A stretch of 64,000 nt of DNA from Octopus vulgaris (GCA_951406725.2 OX597832.1:8122001-8186000); one strand, 5' to 3'; positions 42,389 to 55,429 are shown, counted from the stretch's first letter. Numbers and translations: made by a program. The notes: generated by a model not told the origin, from the letters alone.

Positions 42389-42447
42389 TAGACAGAGTGA
42401 TAGATATACATATATATATATATATATATACACACACAAACACACAA

Positions 42448-42480
<33 letters not shown>

Positions 42481-42559
42481 CATATATATAAACACATATA
42501 CGCACAAAGCACTTACACGCCCGCAAACACACATATATATGTATGTATAAGTGTGTTTG

Positions 42560-42613
<54 letters not shown>

Positions 42614-43150
42614 TATGCCTGCGTATCTAAGAGTCCTGGTCTGTGTAAGAAGATAGAATGTAAGATTTGGTCTACATGTGTGTGTGGGAGCGATTTTTGT
42701 AAAGAACTCCATTAGCGTAAGTATTCGTCGTAGTTTTAGCGGTAGAATTTGTCGCTGTAGTAATGTTAAATGTCTTTACTTCAATTTATATCAGTGTGTA
42801 TATGAAATGTTCGATATGATTAAGAAACGCACTATATTCATCATATAATTCCTAGGAGACTCCAGTCTTTTTGTATCGTCGAGTACAAAAGAGGGGTAGT
42901 TTTGTTTACTACAGAAAAATGAAATGATTTTAAAAATTTTCTTTGTCATTGTAATCACCACCATTATTTGCATAATCATCATCGTCATTGACGTCATTAT
43001 CTTAATCGTCAAACTCTTCTTATAATCATCATCATCACCATCATCATCGTTCTCACTTTCCTCCCCCTCCACCTCGTGATTATCATCATCATTATCGTCG
43101 TCGGCGTTGTCGTGATCGATTTCATCTTCGTCGTCATTATCATCATCGTC

Positions 43151-43552
43151 AAGGCCGCGAGCTGGCAGAAACGTTAGCACGCCGGGCGAAAAGCGTAGCC
43201 GTATTTCGTCTGCCGTTACGTTCTGAGTTCAAATTCCGCCGGGGTCGACTTTGCCTTTCATCCTTTTGAGGTCGATTAAATAAGTACCAGTTACGCACTG
43301 GGGTCGATATAATCGACTTAATCTGTTTTTCTGTCCTTGTTTGTCCCCTCTGTGCTTAGCCCCTTGTGTGTAGTAGAGAAATAGGTATTTCGTCTGCCGC
43401 TGCGTTCTAAGTTCAAATTCCGTCGAGGTCGACTTTGCCTTTCATTCTTTCGGGATCGATAAAATTGGTATCACATATGCACTGGGGTCGACGTAAATCG
43501 ACTTAATCCCTTCCCCTAAATCTCAGGCCTTGTCCTTCCACTAGAAAGGATT
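43151..43552 (+). mobile_element. Composite Meta-core SINE
   Basis: Tail A followed by ggtatttcgtctg (43384), then core+tail B. Confidence 0.9.
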
Positions 43553-43916
43553 ATCATCGTCGTCATCATCAATTGCATCCTTATTATGACAACATCCTAT
43601 TCAGTTTTCTCGGCGTTTATATCATCATGCACCCTTATCAACGTTGACCCCCTCCACAACCATTCACATTCATTCCCATTCTAAGTTATACTAACATCAC
43701 TGGGGTCCATAAAACAACCTCAATCGTTGTTATATTCTTCACATATCATTACTCACTTTACTATTTCATGTACCTTTTTCTCCCCATCCTCCCAGCTTCA
43801 TGGTTCCGTGGAACTTTAGACAAGCGTCTACTACTATAGACTCGGGTCGACCAAAGTCTCGTGACTGAATTTCACAGACGGAAACTGAAACCCATCGTAT
43901 ATATGTATCTCTCTCT

Positions 43917-43973
<57 letters not shown>

Positions 43974-44058
43974 TTCGAGACAAAACCACTATTTTGCAAA
44001 ACAAACAAGGAAAGACTTAATCAATACATAAAAAATTTTAATATAAAGAAATAAACCG

Positions 44059-44101
44059 CCACTACAATCGTTTCATGTCTTCAATGACATTCGTCAGGTG
44101 G
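44059..44101 (-). ncRNA. Canonical minimal type I hammerhead ribozyme
   Basis: ccac CTGACGA atgtc attgaa gacat GAAA cgattg TA gtgg; all core nucleotides, 4 bp stem I, 5 bp stem II. Confidence 0.85.
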
Positions 44102-44137
44102 ATTTTCGATCTCCTAATCTGTTTTAATTTATGAATT

Positions 44138-44498
44138 AAGGGAGACAGAGAAAGGCAGAATGCCACTTATATTTGAACACTATACAAATATTCCTTTAAA
44201 AAAACTTTTCTTTTAATTTTTCTAAATTTAATTATTTAATCGTTACAGTTGAAAAGGTCTCAAAATGACCGAAACCGGTCATTTATATATATATATATAT
44301 ATATGAAAAAACAAGTCAAGAAAATGCTAAAATAATTTTATAAAGAACATTTCAGTACCGGTTTCGGTCATTTTGAGACCTTTTCAACTGTAACGATTAA
44401 ATAATTAAATTTAGAAAAATTAAAAGAAAAGTTTTTTTAAAGGAATATTTGTATAGTGTTCAAATATAAGTGGCATTCTGCCTTTCTCTGTCTCCCTT
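44138..44498. repeat. ~141 bp inverted pLTR-like repeat (44138-44279 and 44357-44498)
   Basis: Essentially exact reverse complement, separated by (TA)n and a ~50 bp tail. Confidence 0.9.
44353..44390 (-). ncRNA. Hammerhead ribozyme, U3-A8 variant (truncated mirror copy at 44246-44280 +)
   Basis: cag TTGAAAA ggtc tcaaaat gacc GAAA ccgg TA ctg. Confidence 0.7.
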
Positions 44499-45106
44499 GT
44501 TTGCACTTGTGTGTTCGAGGTCGTTGTGAATTCTTGGTAGGGTAGAAGAAGAAGTAGGTTGATGAGGAGAGGGCGGAAAAAATTTGGGAGTGCCTTGATT
44601 GTTGTATTTTGAATGGTCAGTTGCAGTTCAATTCAGGAGAATATTTCTATTGAAAGGTTTGTTTATGGAATTTGCGTAGGTGTTTTACTAAAAAGCATTA
44701 GTGATAAAGTTAAGAGGTAGAGGGTGGAGTAGAAGAAGAAGAAGAAGAAGAAGAAGAAGCAGAAGAAGAAGGAGAAGAAGAAGAAGAAGATGACGATGTT
44801 GATGATGATGATGATGATGAAGAAGAAGAAGAAGAAGAAGAAGAAGAAGGAGAAGGAGAAGAAGATGATGATGATGATGGTGATGATGATGACGACGATG
44901 ATGTTGATAATGATGATGATGAAGAAGAAGAGGAAGAAGAAGAAAAAAGAGAAAGTGAGAATATGAATGAGTGGAAGTAGTGAGGTGTTGTATGACTTGA
45001 AGTTGGCACGTTATGGATTACAGCTGTGATTGGGGCTGATTTGTAATGGATTCTTTGGAATGTAATATTTGCGCGTGTATTTCTGTTATTCTAAAGCTGA
45101 GGAGTA

Positions 45107-45456
45107 TTAATCGTTTGTCGTAGACCCGTTAAGAAGTGGCCTGTATTTTGTAATAAAGAGAGTATCTTTACATATTCGTTGTCTCGAGGTTGTATAGTCC
45201 CTAAATTGGTAGAGGGCGAAAATCCTGAAGCCTGGTGTTTTGTTGTTGGCGCAAGTATCTATATGTTGGCTGAAAGCTATTTTTCTGATTTGGGGAATTT
45301 TTATCTGGGATCTGTGCAGGGCCATTCTTTTACGCAAACTATTTTTTGTTTGGCCTATGTACTGCTCTTGACACCCAGAGCAGGTTAGTGTGTATATCAG
45401 GTTCTCCGAAGCACATGTGAAATTGCTTTTCACTGTAAACCGTTGTCCCTGTTTGA
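45107..45456 (-). pseudogene. Penelope-like element GIY-YIG endonuclease domain, 5'-truncated (element 44305-45473)
   Basis: FTCASENLIYTLTCSGCQEQYIGQTKNSLRKRMALH...FITKYRPLLN; no upstream RT. Confidence 0.9.
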
Positions 45457-45466
45457 AGGGACAACG

Positions 45467-45545
<79 letters not shown>

Positions 45546-45877
45546 TGTGTGTCTATGTGTCTGTGTCTGTGTGTGTGTGTGTGTGTGTTTGTGGATGCGT
45601 GTGTGTGAGTGAATTTCGTGTTTGTGTTTCTCCTCTACTGTGTTTACGTTCCTGAACCAAGTGGTTCGGCAGAATATGAGCCAAGCTTAAAACTATTCTT
45701 GAAGGCGGTCCTTCAGCATGGCTGCAGTCTAAAAATTGAAACAGTTACAAGATGAATATGGAAGATAAATTGTTACTTGGAAAGACCGGTTTATATTTTC
45801 ATATGGTTTGTGCAAAGAAACTCTTCAACTTAACCTCTGAACCTTTCTGATGCAGAGTTAAACAACAACGAGCAGTT

Positions 45878-45885
45878 ACTACTAG

Positions 45886-45922
<37 letters not shown>

Positions 45923-46007
45923 GCTTCTGCTGCTGCTGCTGCTGCTACTACTACTACTACTACTACTACTGCTACTGTTGCTACTACTACTACTACTACT
46001 GCTACGG

Positions 46008-46060
<53 letters not shown>

Positions 46061-46076
46061 ACTACTACTACTACTA

Positions 46077-46151
<75 letters not shown>

Positions 46152-46320
46152 TCACTAACGCCGCCGCCGCAGCTTAGCCACCACCACCAGCACAACCACC
46201 ACCACCACCACTATCACCACAACTATTGCCTCTGCGGGTGCTGCTGCTGTTGCTGATAATGATAATGACAATGAGAAGGAAGTGGAGGATGATGATGATG
46301 ATGATGAGGAGGAGGAGGAA
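45878..46320. repeat. (ACT/GCT/CAC/GAT)n arrays
   Basis: Direct reading. Confidence 0.95.
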
Positions 46321-46823
46321 GCGGAAGATGTAGGAACAATGTATGCTGCTATCACCCTGAAAAAGCTAGCAACTGAATTTCCCTTTAAACCATTTCCATA
46401 TAGTGTTCCTGCCTGCAAGGAACAAAAGCAGTGGGGGTCGTTAGAGCTTGAAAATTAATCAATTAACTAATCTCTGGCAGGAAAAAAAAACTAGTCATAA
46501 ACAAGTGAAAAAACCTCGAACCTGAAGGCATTACATCAATAGGTGATAAACACTTCCAAAAGGGCACGATGTCCTCCAACTCAAAGCTCACTTACAAGCG
46601 CACAAACGAAATAAACAATTTGCGATCATCTACTGTGCAAGAAATAGCAGCCGAATCACACACAAATCAGTATTTACTATCTTAAATAGGGAAAGAACAT
46701 ATGAAATACATTCGTTTTCTTTGTTTTCATTTCCCTTAAAATGATTTTTGATGTGAACTCGTATGTTAACATAGATGTCGTTGAATCTCGGAAGGTTATA
46801 TTATTGGCGTAATAATCTTTTGT

Positions 46824-47098
46824 TAGATAAGGGAATACTTCAGAAATGATGAAAATCTCGAACGTAGGAGAATAGTTTTCAAAACATCTTTTAGAAAATC
46901 GGGTAAAATACGCATATAGACAGAAAATAGTGGTCAGCAGACACTACAAAAAAATCGATAAAGTTCAATTCACCATTGCGGCTTCTGGTCACTTTTTCCA
47001 TCTATAAATGTATATTACCCGATTTTCTAAAACCTATTTTCACTGCTACTCTCTCGTGTTCGAAATTTTCTGAATTTCTAGAATATGTCACCTATTTG
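46824..47098. mobile_element. Palindromic MITE-like element
   Basis: ttttagaaaatcgggtaa / ttacccgattttctaaaa and gaaaatctcgaac / gttcgaaattttc arms. Confidence 0.7.
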
Positions 47099-47139
47099 AC
47101 ACTTCAATATTTGTTTATAAAACTTCCCCGTGTTAGATA

Positions 47140-47355
47140 ATGGTTTCAAATTTTGGTACAGAGCGAACAGTTTTTGAGGTGAGGTGGAAGTCTATGACAT
47201 CGAGCCCAGAACTTCAGTGGTACGTCTCTTATGTAACCACGTAAGAATGAATAGCATAGTCGATCTCGAAAGAATTTGAACTCAGAACGTTAAATACAGT
47301 CGAAATACAGCTGAGCGTTTTGGCCCGTGTGCTAGGGATTCTGTCAGCTCGCTCT
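47140..47355 (-). mobile_element. Meta-core SINE
   Basis: gaatttgaactcagaacgt. Confidence 0.7.
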
Positions 47356-48414
47356 CGTTTATATACAACAAAATGCGAGATGATGTAACAATATAAAGAC
47401 GTGGCAGAGAAGACGACTGGAACGTGCTTGTTCAGATTTCTGCTGAAATATGGCTGAACTGAGGATCAATCAAGAGCCACAATAGCAATTTTTAAATGGT
47501 GACCGATAACCCTGATACTCTGAATATTCTTTTACTCAAGCGCTCTATATGTTTACTAACAATTAAATATACCGATATTATACTTTAACGCATTAATTAT
47601 TCACAGCATTTCTTTTGGTTTTTGTAACTGGAAATATTTTAGATATTATATCTTTTAATAAAACTCTTAGAATGCATCTATCAGTAAGCACATCCTTTCT
47701 ATTTTGCCATTAAAAAAAAATTAAGCTTCTTTCCAGACTAATTATCCGCTTCCGATTTAAGAACATATGACTATAATATCCTATTTTAATTTTGTGTAAC
47801 AATTTTTCTAATATCACATCGTGTTCTCTTAGAAGCGAAAGACATTGGAAATAAGATTTTAGGTAGAGCATGTATAGAAAACTAGAGAGTGGTCATAGTT
47901 AGAATAAGGTTGATCAATTTTTTTTTAAAACCATAACAACAAAAAGGAAAGAAACTACAAATCTTTATTCCACACATATACTTACGAATGTCAGATGTGT
48001 CACCCTTTTCGAGCATCTGTCCAAACTCCACATATCCAGATTAATTCTCATCATCGGTATATTCTAATAGGTAATTTGGACTAAGCACCAACAACCATAA
48101 GTATAATTCAGAATACCTTTATTGACACTATTTTCTTCTCTCCACATCTACTTATCCCTGTCAAGCTATTACTTCACAAATGTTCAGGATCAGCCCCAAA
48201 TCCTCGCAATATTTATTAGATGTCAACGCAGACGACAGAAATATATACATTTTCTTATGGCTGAACACAAGCAAATCACATACATTTAAACCTTCGAACA
48301 CAGTACAAAAATATCATTTGTACATGCTTGATTTCCAATAAAATACACCCCACGGAATAATCCTAAATCATGCCATTTCCTTTCTATAATACTTATTTTG
48401 TCAATTTTATGATG

Positions 48415-48797
48415 GAAGCACTCCGTCGGTTACGACGACGAGCGTTCCGGTTGATCCGAATCAACGGAACAGCCTGCTCGTGAAATTAACGTGTAAGTGG
48501 CTGAGCACTCCACAGACACGCGTACTCTTAACGTAGTTCTCGGGGATATTCAGCGTGACACAGAGAGTGACAAGGCCGGCCCTTTGAAATACAGGTACAA
48601 CAGAAACAGGAAGTAAGAGTGAGAGAAAGTTGTGGTGAAAGAGTACAGCAGGGATCACCACCATCCCCTGCCGGAGCCTCGTGGAGCTTTAGGTGTTTTC
48701 GCTCAATAAACACTCACAACGCTCGGTCTGGGAATCGAAACCGCAATCCTATGACCGCGAGTCAGCCGCCCTAACCACTGGGCCATTGCGCCTCCAC
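48415..48797 (-). mobile_element. tRNA-derived SINE resembling octopus OR-type, with degenerate TSD (tgtcaat..)
   Basis: ggaggcgcaatggcccagtggttaggg head, gtttcgattccc B-box; 3' half shared with 40370-40548. Confidence 0.9.
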
Positions 48798-50582
48798 CTG
48801 TCAATGTTATATGACGAAGGTGAAGAAGAAGAACGGGAGGAAGGCACGAAACTAAAGCGGAAGACGATTTCTCGAAAGAATGGTTAGGTAAAAAATGAAA
48901 AGACTTTTGATTGTAGGTTTTTGATTATGAACTCTTGAGAATTTTAAAGGAGGGAAATGCCCCCTTTTTTATGTATTAGTACCTAGTTTCAGCTAGTCAT
49001 ACGGCACTTCAAAGAAATAATATTTACTGTAATAGTTGTAACAAAATATTGCTTTCTTAATAGATAAACTCCGGAAGACAATGCTATGTCAAAATATGCT
49101 TTCTTATTGAATTCTTGCAAGGATACAATGTTATCAGGAATATTGGTATGACTTGCATTTTGCTGGAAATATTCAGGTGGAATGAAATAATTATCAGATG
49201 TTGTTTTGCATTGTACTCTTAGTTATCAAATAAGCGGAAAAATTCTTCTGCATCTAACTACCTCTCTTCCTTCTCTTCTCTCTATATAAGCGTGTGTGTA
49301 TGTGTGTGTGTGTGTGTGTGTCTGTCTGTCTACCTAGATATTTGTAAGCATCCGCAATTTAACTAGGCCACGTAAACATCATTGAAATATTTCGATTGAA
49401 CGTGAGCATATATACCTCCATAGGTGCATACATACATACATACATACGTACATACATACATACATACATACATACTACATACATACATACATACATACAT
49501 AAATTCATACATGAATACACAACCCACGCACATATGTATACATACTGACATACATTTTTTCTTTGAAACTATATTCCAAATTTTGTTTTTGTTTTAATAT
49601 TTGACAATTTATTTTTAGGCTCTCATAAATATTTCCACTTGTATATTTTGTTTATTTTGAAAGCAATTTCATGTTGTTTCACGCCTACGTACATACATAC
49701 ACACGTACATACATACATACATACATACATACATACATACATACATACATACATACATACATACATACATACATAAATACATACGTACATACGTACATAC
49801 GTACATACATACATGCGTGAATAAGCACATACAACGACATAAGTGCATGTATACATATCTGTGTGTATAGAGGTGAAAAACTTGATTTTATGAATACGAT
49901 GAATACACGGATTAAGAAGGAGATGCAGATGAATGGGAATATATAGAACGAAACGAAATTGCATAGATGTGTAAGAGAACAGATACATTACCAAATATGT
50001 AAGGCAAATCAAATTATATATGAGCTTAGCATTATATAGAGTGAGGGAGAGGGAGAAAGAAGCAAAGAGAGGTGGGAGAGAAACATCAGACAGACAGATA
50101 GGAGAAGATAAGAAAGAGAAAGAGATAAACATGTTGACTAACTGTGGTGGAATCAGAAACAGTGTATGTGAGAAGGAGGAGACAAAATTAGGAAACTTCA
50201 AAAACCGAAGATTTTAGATATCTTTGAATGAATGAATATTGGAAATTATGTTTTTATGTTAAGATTTCATATTTTTTCCCCGTCAAATAAATATTTTCAT
50301 TTTTACAAATTGTCTATTTTTAAAACAATTGTAAATTCTACAAAGAATCTATTATTTGATTTTGTGAATTGTATTATTCATATTTATTTTCTTTCAAAAA
50401 GTCGAGAGAAAAACCATTACGATAAGTCATTCGATCTTTGCAAATTTATACATGCACATACGCACGCACACACACTTGATTATAAAAAAAAAACTACTTA
50501 CATGGAAACAAATGTAAAACAGACGCAAAAATAGAATAAGTATATCGTTTTGCTTTATGTTTTATTACTATATTAAATACTA

Positions 50583-51005
50583 AGGTATCGAGCTGGCAGA
50601 ATCGTTACTCCTCACTCCCTGAGCAAAATGCTTAGCAGCGTTTCGCCTATCAATAGTTTCTGAGTTCATGTTCCATCAAGGTCAACTTTGCCTTTTAACT
50701 TTTCGGGGCGGATAAAACAAGTACCAGTTATCGTTGGTATCTATGTAACCGATTTACCCATCCTTGGGTAGATCTATCCATCATGTGCCAACATTTGAGG
50801 GCAATATTATGTTAATACTACGGTAGTAGGTTAGCGGAATATTTAGGACACCAGGCAAAATGCTTAGAGGCCTTTTGCCCGCCTGTACGTTCTGAGTTCA
50901 AATTCCGGCTGTGGCTGACTCTGCCTTTCATAATTTGGGCTCGATATAATCGGCTTACCTCTTCTCCCGAAACTGCGGTCCTTGTAACAAAATTTGAAAA
51001 TCACT
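50583..51005 (+). mobile_element. Two Meta-core SINEs
   Basis: Head and core motifs at 50583 and 50820. Confidence 0.7.
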
Positions 51006-51023
51006 TATATTAGATACTTTAAT

Positions 51024-51083
<60 letters not shown>

Positions 51084-51093
51084 GGTGGGTGTG

Positions 51094-51134
<41 letters not shown>

Positions 51135-51460
51135 CGCGAAGCTATCTCAAAAAAAAAAAAAGACGAAGGCAGGTGGAATACAAACAAACAATTGTATTAG
51201 TATGGCGCTCAGGAATATAAATAAAAGGCCAAGTGTTTGCCCTTTATCTTCGAAACGCGGAGTAGATGTACTCTATTTTTTTGTTGTTTAAGAAAAATGT
51301 CCATTTCCTTGGTTTTCGTTTCTCATTGTGTTCGACGTTTTTTTGGCGTTCTGTACCCATATATGCATGTATATATACATATAGATGTACGTACGTACAT
51401 ATATTTATGTATATATGCATATGTTTTATTTATTAATTTGTATATATATATATATATATA

Positions 51461-51655
51461 TACTGTCAATCTAACACGAACGTGACAGTAGGGGGGTACA
51501 CCACCGCTGTTTGACACATTTTCCCTGTGTCCTTATATGTATAGAGGGACACAGGAAAAATGTGTCAAAGCCATCACGAGGCGTCGATGCTTCCTAGGGC
51601 TAAACAGCGGTGGTGTACCCCCCTACTGTCACGTTCGTGTTAGATTGATAATATA
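51461..51655. repeat. Nested fold-back structure
   Basis: Outer arms 51461-51512 / 51602-51652, inner hairpin 51510-51569, 32 nt asymmetric insert. Confidence 0.9.
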
Positions 51656-52671
51656 CAACCATTCTATCGCCCCACCACCGTACATAACTCTACGAGAGAT
51701 TTAGAAATTTAGTATTTCTGATATATATATACACATACATATATATGTGTGTGTGTGTTTGCGTGTATGTGTGTGTGTATGTGTATGTATATACAAATAT
51801 ATATGAGTGTGTGTTTGTACGTGTATATAAATATACGTAAGTACCAGCGTGCGACTATGTGTAAGCATGAGTCCGCCTGCACGTCTTTATGTGCGTATGC
51901 CTGTATATTTATGTACGCATATGCTCACACATATCTGTACGTGGGTGCGAGCATATGTATACCTGTCACACTAACCTATCACACACGTCTATGTATAGAA
52001 ATTTTGACATTCCTGTTTTCTTCCCTATACTTTAAATTTTACAACTAAAACTACTACTTAGTTTGGTATCACCCCACCCATAACTTTTCTCTATGGATCC
52101 CCTAATACAGCCCTAACGTATCACCTCTACCCACGTTTCACACTTATTCACTCTTTACCTTTTCATCTCTTCCTATCTTCCCCGCTCCTCTCCCATCGTC
52201 TCCCCACATTATCTTGACCACCAATTAACACCTCTTTTCTCTCCTCTGTTGCCCTTTCTTCATTTTTCCCACTCTTCACATTCTGTTCTTTTCTCTCCCT
52301 CTTCTTTTCTCTCTCTTTTTATTATCATTTCTCTCTTTCTTCCTCTCATTTTCCCTTCCACTCTTCATTTTAGCCTATCTCCTCATTGTAATCATACACC
52401 TCCCCATGTATTCATAAATACCACCAGTACCAAATCTTCACACCACAAAACTCTTCGAATGGGCAACACAGAATCTACGGCTCCATATTCGAACTGACTA
52501 AACACGAACTACTATCGGAACTTACATACCATGTATACGAAACTTTTTTACCACTTCTATACACCGGTTTACTCGAATAATGGTACTGCGACTATAAAAG
52601 TTTATAAGTTATTTCTACTTTCCTGCTCTTATTTCCCTATCTCCATATTTTCTATTTACCTCTCTCACATC

Positions 52672-52719
52672 GTCTTGTATGAAGTGATATCCATAATATC
52701 CCAGAAACAGCTGTAAAAC
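52672..52719 (+). ncRNA. Degenerate hammerhead at the end of a PLE-like 3' region (~52000-52790)
   Basis: gtctt gtatgaa gtgatat ccata atatccc a GAAA CAGCTG TA aaac; 5' core decayed. Confidence 0.4.
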
Positions 52720-52849
52720 AATATCTCTTTCCTTATAAATGTCCTAAAAACTCCTCACAGCCTTGGCTTTCTTATCTGTTTTTGTCTAATTTATATATAT
52801 ACACATATAAATATATACATAAACGCGCACACACATATACTTACATATA

Positions 52850-53160
52850 ACACCGTTCCGAGTTGAGTCTCACTCCGTCGGATATTGGCCAAGTGTTTAC
52901 TACTATATCATCAGATCGGAAACAGAAAGAATACCGTTGGGACTACACACACTCATATAGGTGTGTGTGTGTGTGCCTTTGTTACTGTATTTGTTTTCCA
53001 CCACTGTCGTTGCATTTTTTATGTCACCGTAACTTAGTAATTCGTCAGTAAGTATCCGATAGAATAAGTACCAGTACCAGCTCGACTAAGATTTCTGCAA
53101 GACAGTGCCCCAGCGCTGCTTCAGTTTAATGATTGAAACAGATAAGAGATAACAGAAAAT
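52850..53160 (+). mobile_element. Degenerate microsatellite-containing SINE
   Basis: ggccaagtgtttactactat...ccgatagaataagtacc. Confidence 0.6.
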
Positions 53161-53175
53161 GTACACACGCGCACA

Positions 53176-53206
<31 letters not shown>

Positions 53207-53439
53207 TTAGACGGAGGTGTGACTGCACGGTATGAGGTCATATATGTGAGTGTGTGTGTGTGTGTATAAAATAAATTGAAGCGAAGGCATCTGGGAATTT
53301 GTCATAATAAAGAATCAGGTTGTAGGACTAAACAGACAATGAAGAAAAGAATAACATAAGTATGCTTAGGAAGAAAAGGTCAGTTATGCGAGTTTGATTG
53401 TAGCGGATGTATTGTAAAAAACAATTATTTTGTCAGTGT

Positions 53440-54260
53440 AAATATATATTAAAAATACACATGGTGATAAAATTCAACACTTATTTTTCTATATTCACGT
53501 AAAAAACTGATTCCTACCACATTTCTGATGCTAATTTCAGATCACGTATCTAAATTTCTATATCACGTCCAGATTTTGTTTTCTCACCCGCTTCTATTAC
53601 GAAAGCTTTCTAAGCTACTATTCTGTGCCGTCCTTTATGTTAAGCGTACTTAAATAATTAGTGAACAAGGATATCTTTACTCCTTCTATCTTAAGACAGA
53701 CACCCACTAGACACCCACCCACCCAAAGTGTGTTAGTTGTTTGTTGTTACTTTATGCTCTTGAGTGAAAGTTTGATGCTTCCTCTTCCTTTGTCACTTGT
53801 AGGATTACGAGCTCTCCTTCTGCAGGAAACAATAATTATCTCCCATCATATTTATGTTAAAATTACCTTGGTACCTGTTTCCTATAACCAAGATCCGTCA
53901 TTGGACGTGCTCACCATGCTCATCAGTCACACCCCTAATGTTGGCCAGGATGAAGTTAAGATGAGAATGTAAAAAATGCATTTTCAAAGACATTCTACAT
54001 CTCATTTTTCATAAGATTTAAGCATGTTTTCTACTAGTGCACGGTGGTTTTCTACTTTGTGGCTCCTAAGAAAATGTTTGAAAATTTCAACAAAAGGCGT
54101 CTATGCTCCTAGTTCATTCTCATTTAGATTAGATAGAAATGATAAGTCCAAGATGACATTGGATCTGTGGTCCAGTGAAAAATTCTACGTCACGTTTAGC
54201 ATCTGTGAATATTACTTTGAATTTATCTTTTCAATATTGTAAACCACTACCTTGATAATC
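53440..54260 (-). mobile_element. Second Chapaev3-like transposase relic
   Basis: MSLKMHFLHSHLNF...VTDEHGEHVQ*...RYQGNFNINMMGDNYCFL. Confidence 0.8.
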
Positions 54261-54462
54261 CATAACCTTCCGGATATTTTTCATAAGTTTTTCAAAAGTT
54301 TATTGTGGAGGCCAGAGCTATGTATCCGTCGTAGGCTTCCCAGTCAACAGATATATATTAAGGGAAAAAAAACAAATTTAAAGCGGGACGAGTATCTCAG
54401 GTCAGTTAGAATATTCAATTAGAAAAAGATGAATCGAAAATGGAGAAGCAGATGTAATTAAT

Positions 54463-54538
54463 GCCTTACAGCTGTTTCTGGGATATCCCAGGTGATGGGT
54501 CAGAGTCTCCATTCACTGGGCATTCCGACATCAAAGAC
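54463..54538 (-). ncRNA. Degenerate long-stem-II hammerhead in a PLE-like end (~54350-54655)
   Basis: gtct TTGATGT cggaatgcccag...ctgggatatccca GAAA CAGCTG TA aggc. Confidence 0.5.
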
Positions 54539-54659
54539 AAGGTGTGTATGCAGGAAAGTTCCAGACAGAGAATTCACAGTTCATAAAAGAATAAAGCAGT
54601 AGATAGAAGAATAAAGATATAAGAATAAAGTTCATCTTGTTCCAGAGGATATTTTTTAT

Positions 54660-54895
54660 ATTTTGTGTTGTTTCAGTCATTGGACTGCGGCCCTGAAATG
54701 TTTTAGACAAACGAATCGACACCACTACTTCTTGTTATAAGCTTGATATTTATTCCATCGATCTACTTTGCCGAGCCCCTATGCTACGGGGACATAAACT
54801 CACTAACACCGGTGTTGTCAAACGGTGTGTGTGTGGGGGGGTCAAACACAGACACAAAGATACACACACACAGTCATTAATATTTGTACATATAC

Positions 54896-54939
<44 letters not shown>

Positions 54940-55070
54940 CGGGCTTCTTTCAGTTTCTGACTGCCAAATCCACTCATAAATCTTTGATCGACCGGAGACT
55001 ATAACAGAAGGAACTATCAATAAGTGCCATTCTGTGTGAGTCAATCCGGAATCATGTGGTTTGGAAGAAT
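54660..55070 (-). mobile_element. Microsatellite-containing SINE
   Basis: gacgggcttctttcagtttc and tacggggacataaac reverse motifs. Confidence 0.8.
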
Positions 55071-55429
55071 AATTCTCACGCAAGCACGCACACACACAAA
55101 CACAAACAGACACACACAAACACATACACATACACAAACAAACATACGCACATGTGCACGTACATTTATGCGCGCAGACCCAATCTCGAACATGCACACA
55201 CACATGCATGTATATGTAAATGGGCCTATAAATGTTTGCATGGCAAATGCTGGGATATTGTTATCTCATCCGTAGAAATAATATATTTTGCTTACTCAAC
55301 GAATTTCAAAGCGGAAAACAAACGTCGGAAAAAAAGGTAAGAACAACAGTTGCAGGCGGATCATAATGAGAATGATGAAAGGCGCTGAGAATATAAATAA
55401 CATTATGAATATTAATAGAACAATAATAT

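Larger units (their letters stand above)
43793..45760 (+). mobile_element. Microsatellite-containing SINE split by PLE insertions (5' half 43793-43905, 3' half 45610-45760)
   Basis: gacggaaactgaaacccatcgtatat ... gtgtttacgttcctg...gaaggcggtccttcagcatggctgcagtc. Confidence 0.7.

Noticed and set aside
42286-42430. Tandem duplication of (GA)n-tagacagagtgatagatataca-(TA)n
   Set aside because: Ordinary slippage in a compound microsatellite
47986-48260. Possible minus-strand exon bounded by ttcag and gtaag
   Set aside because: Stops in all three frames; no recognisable protein
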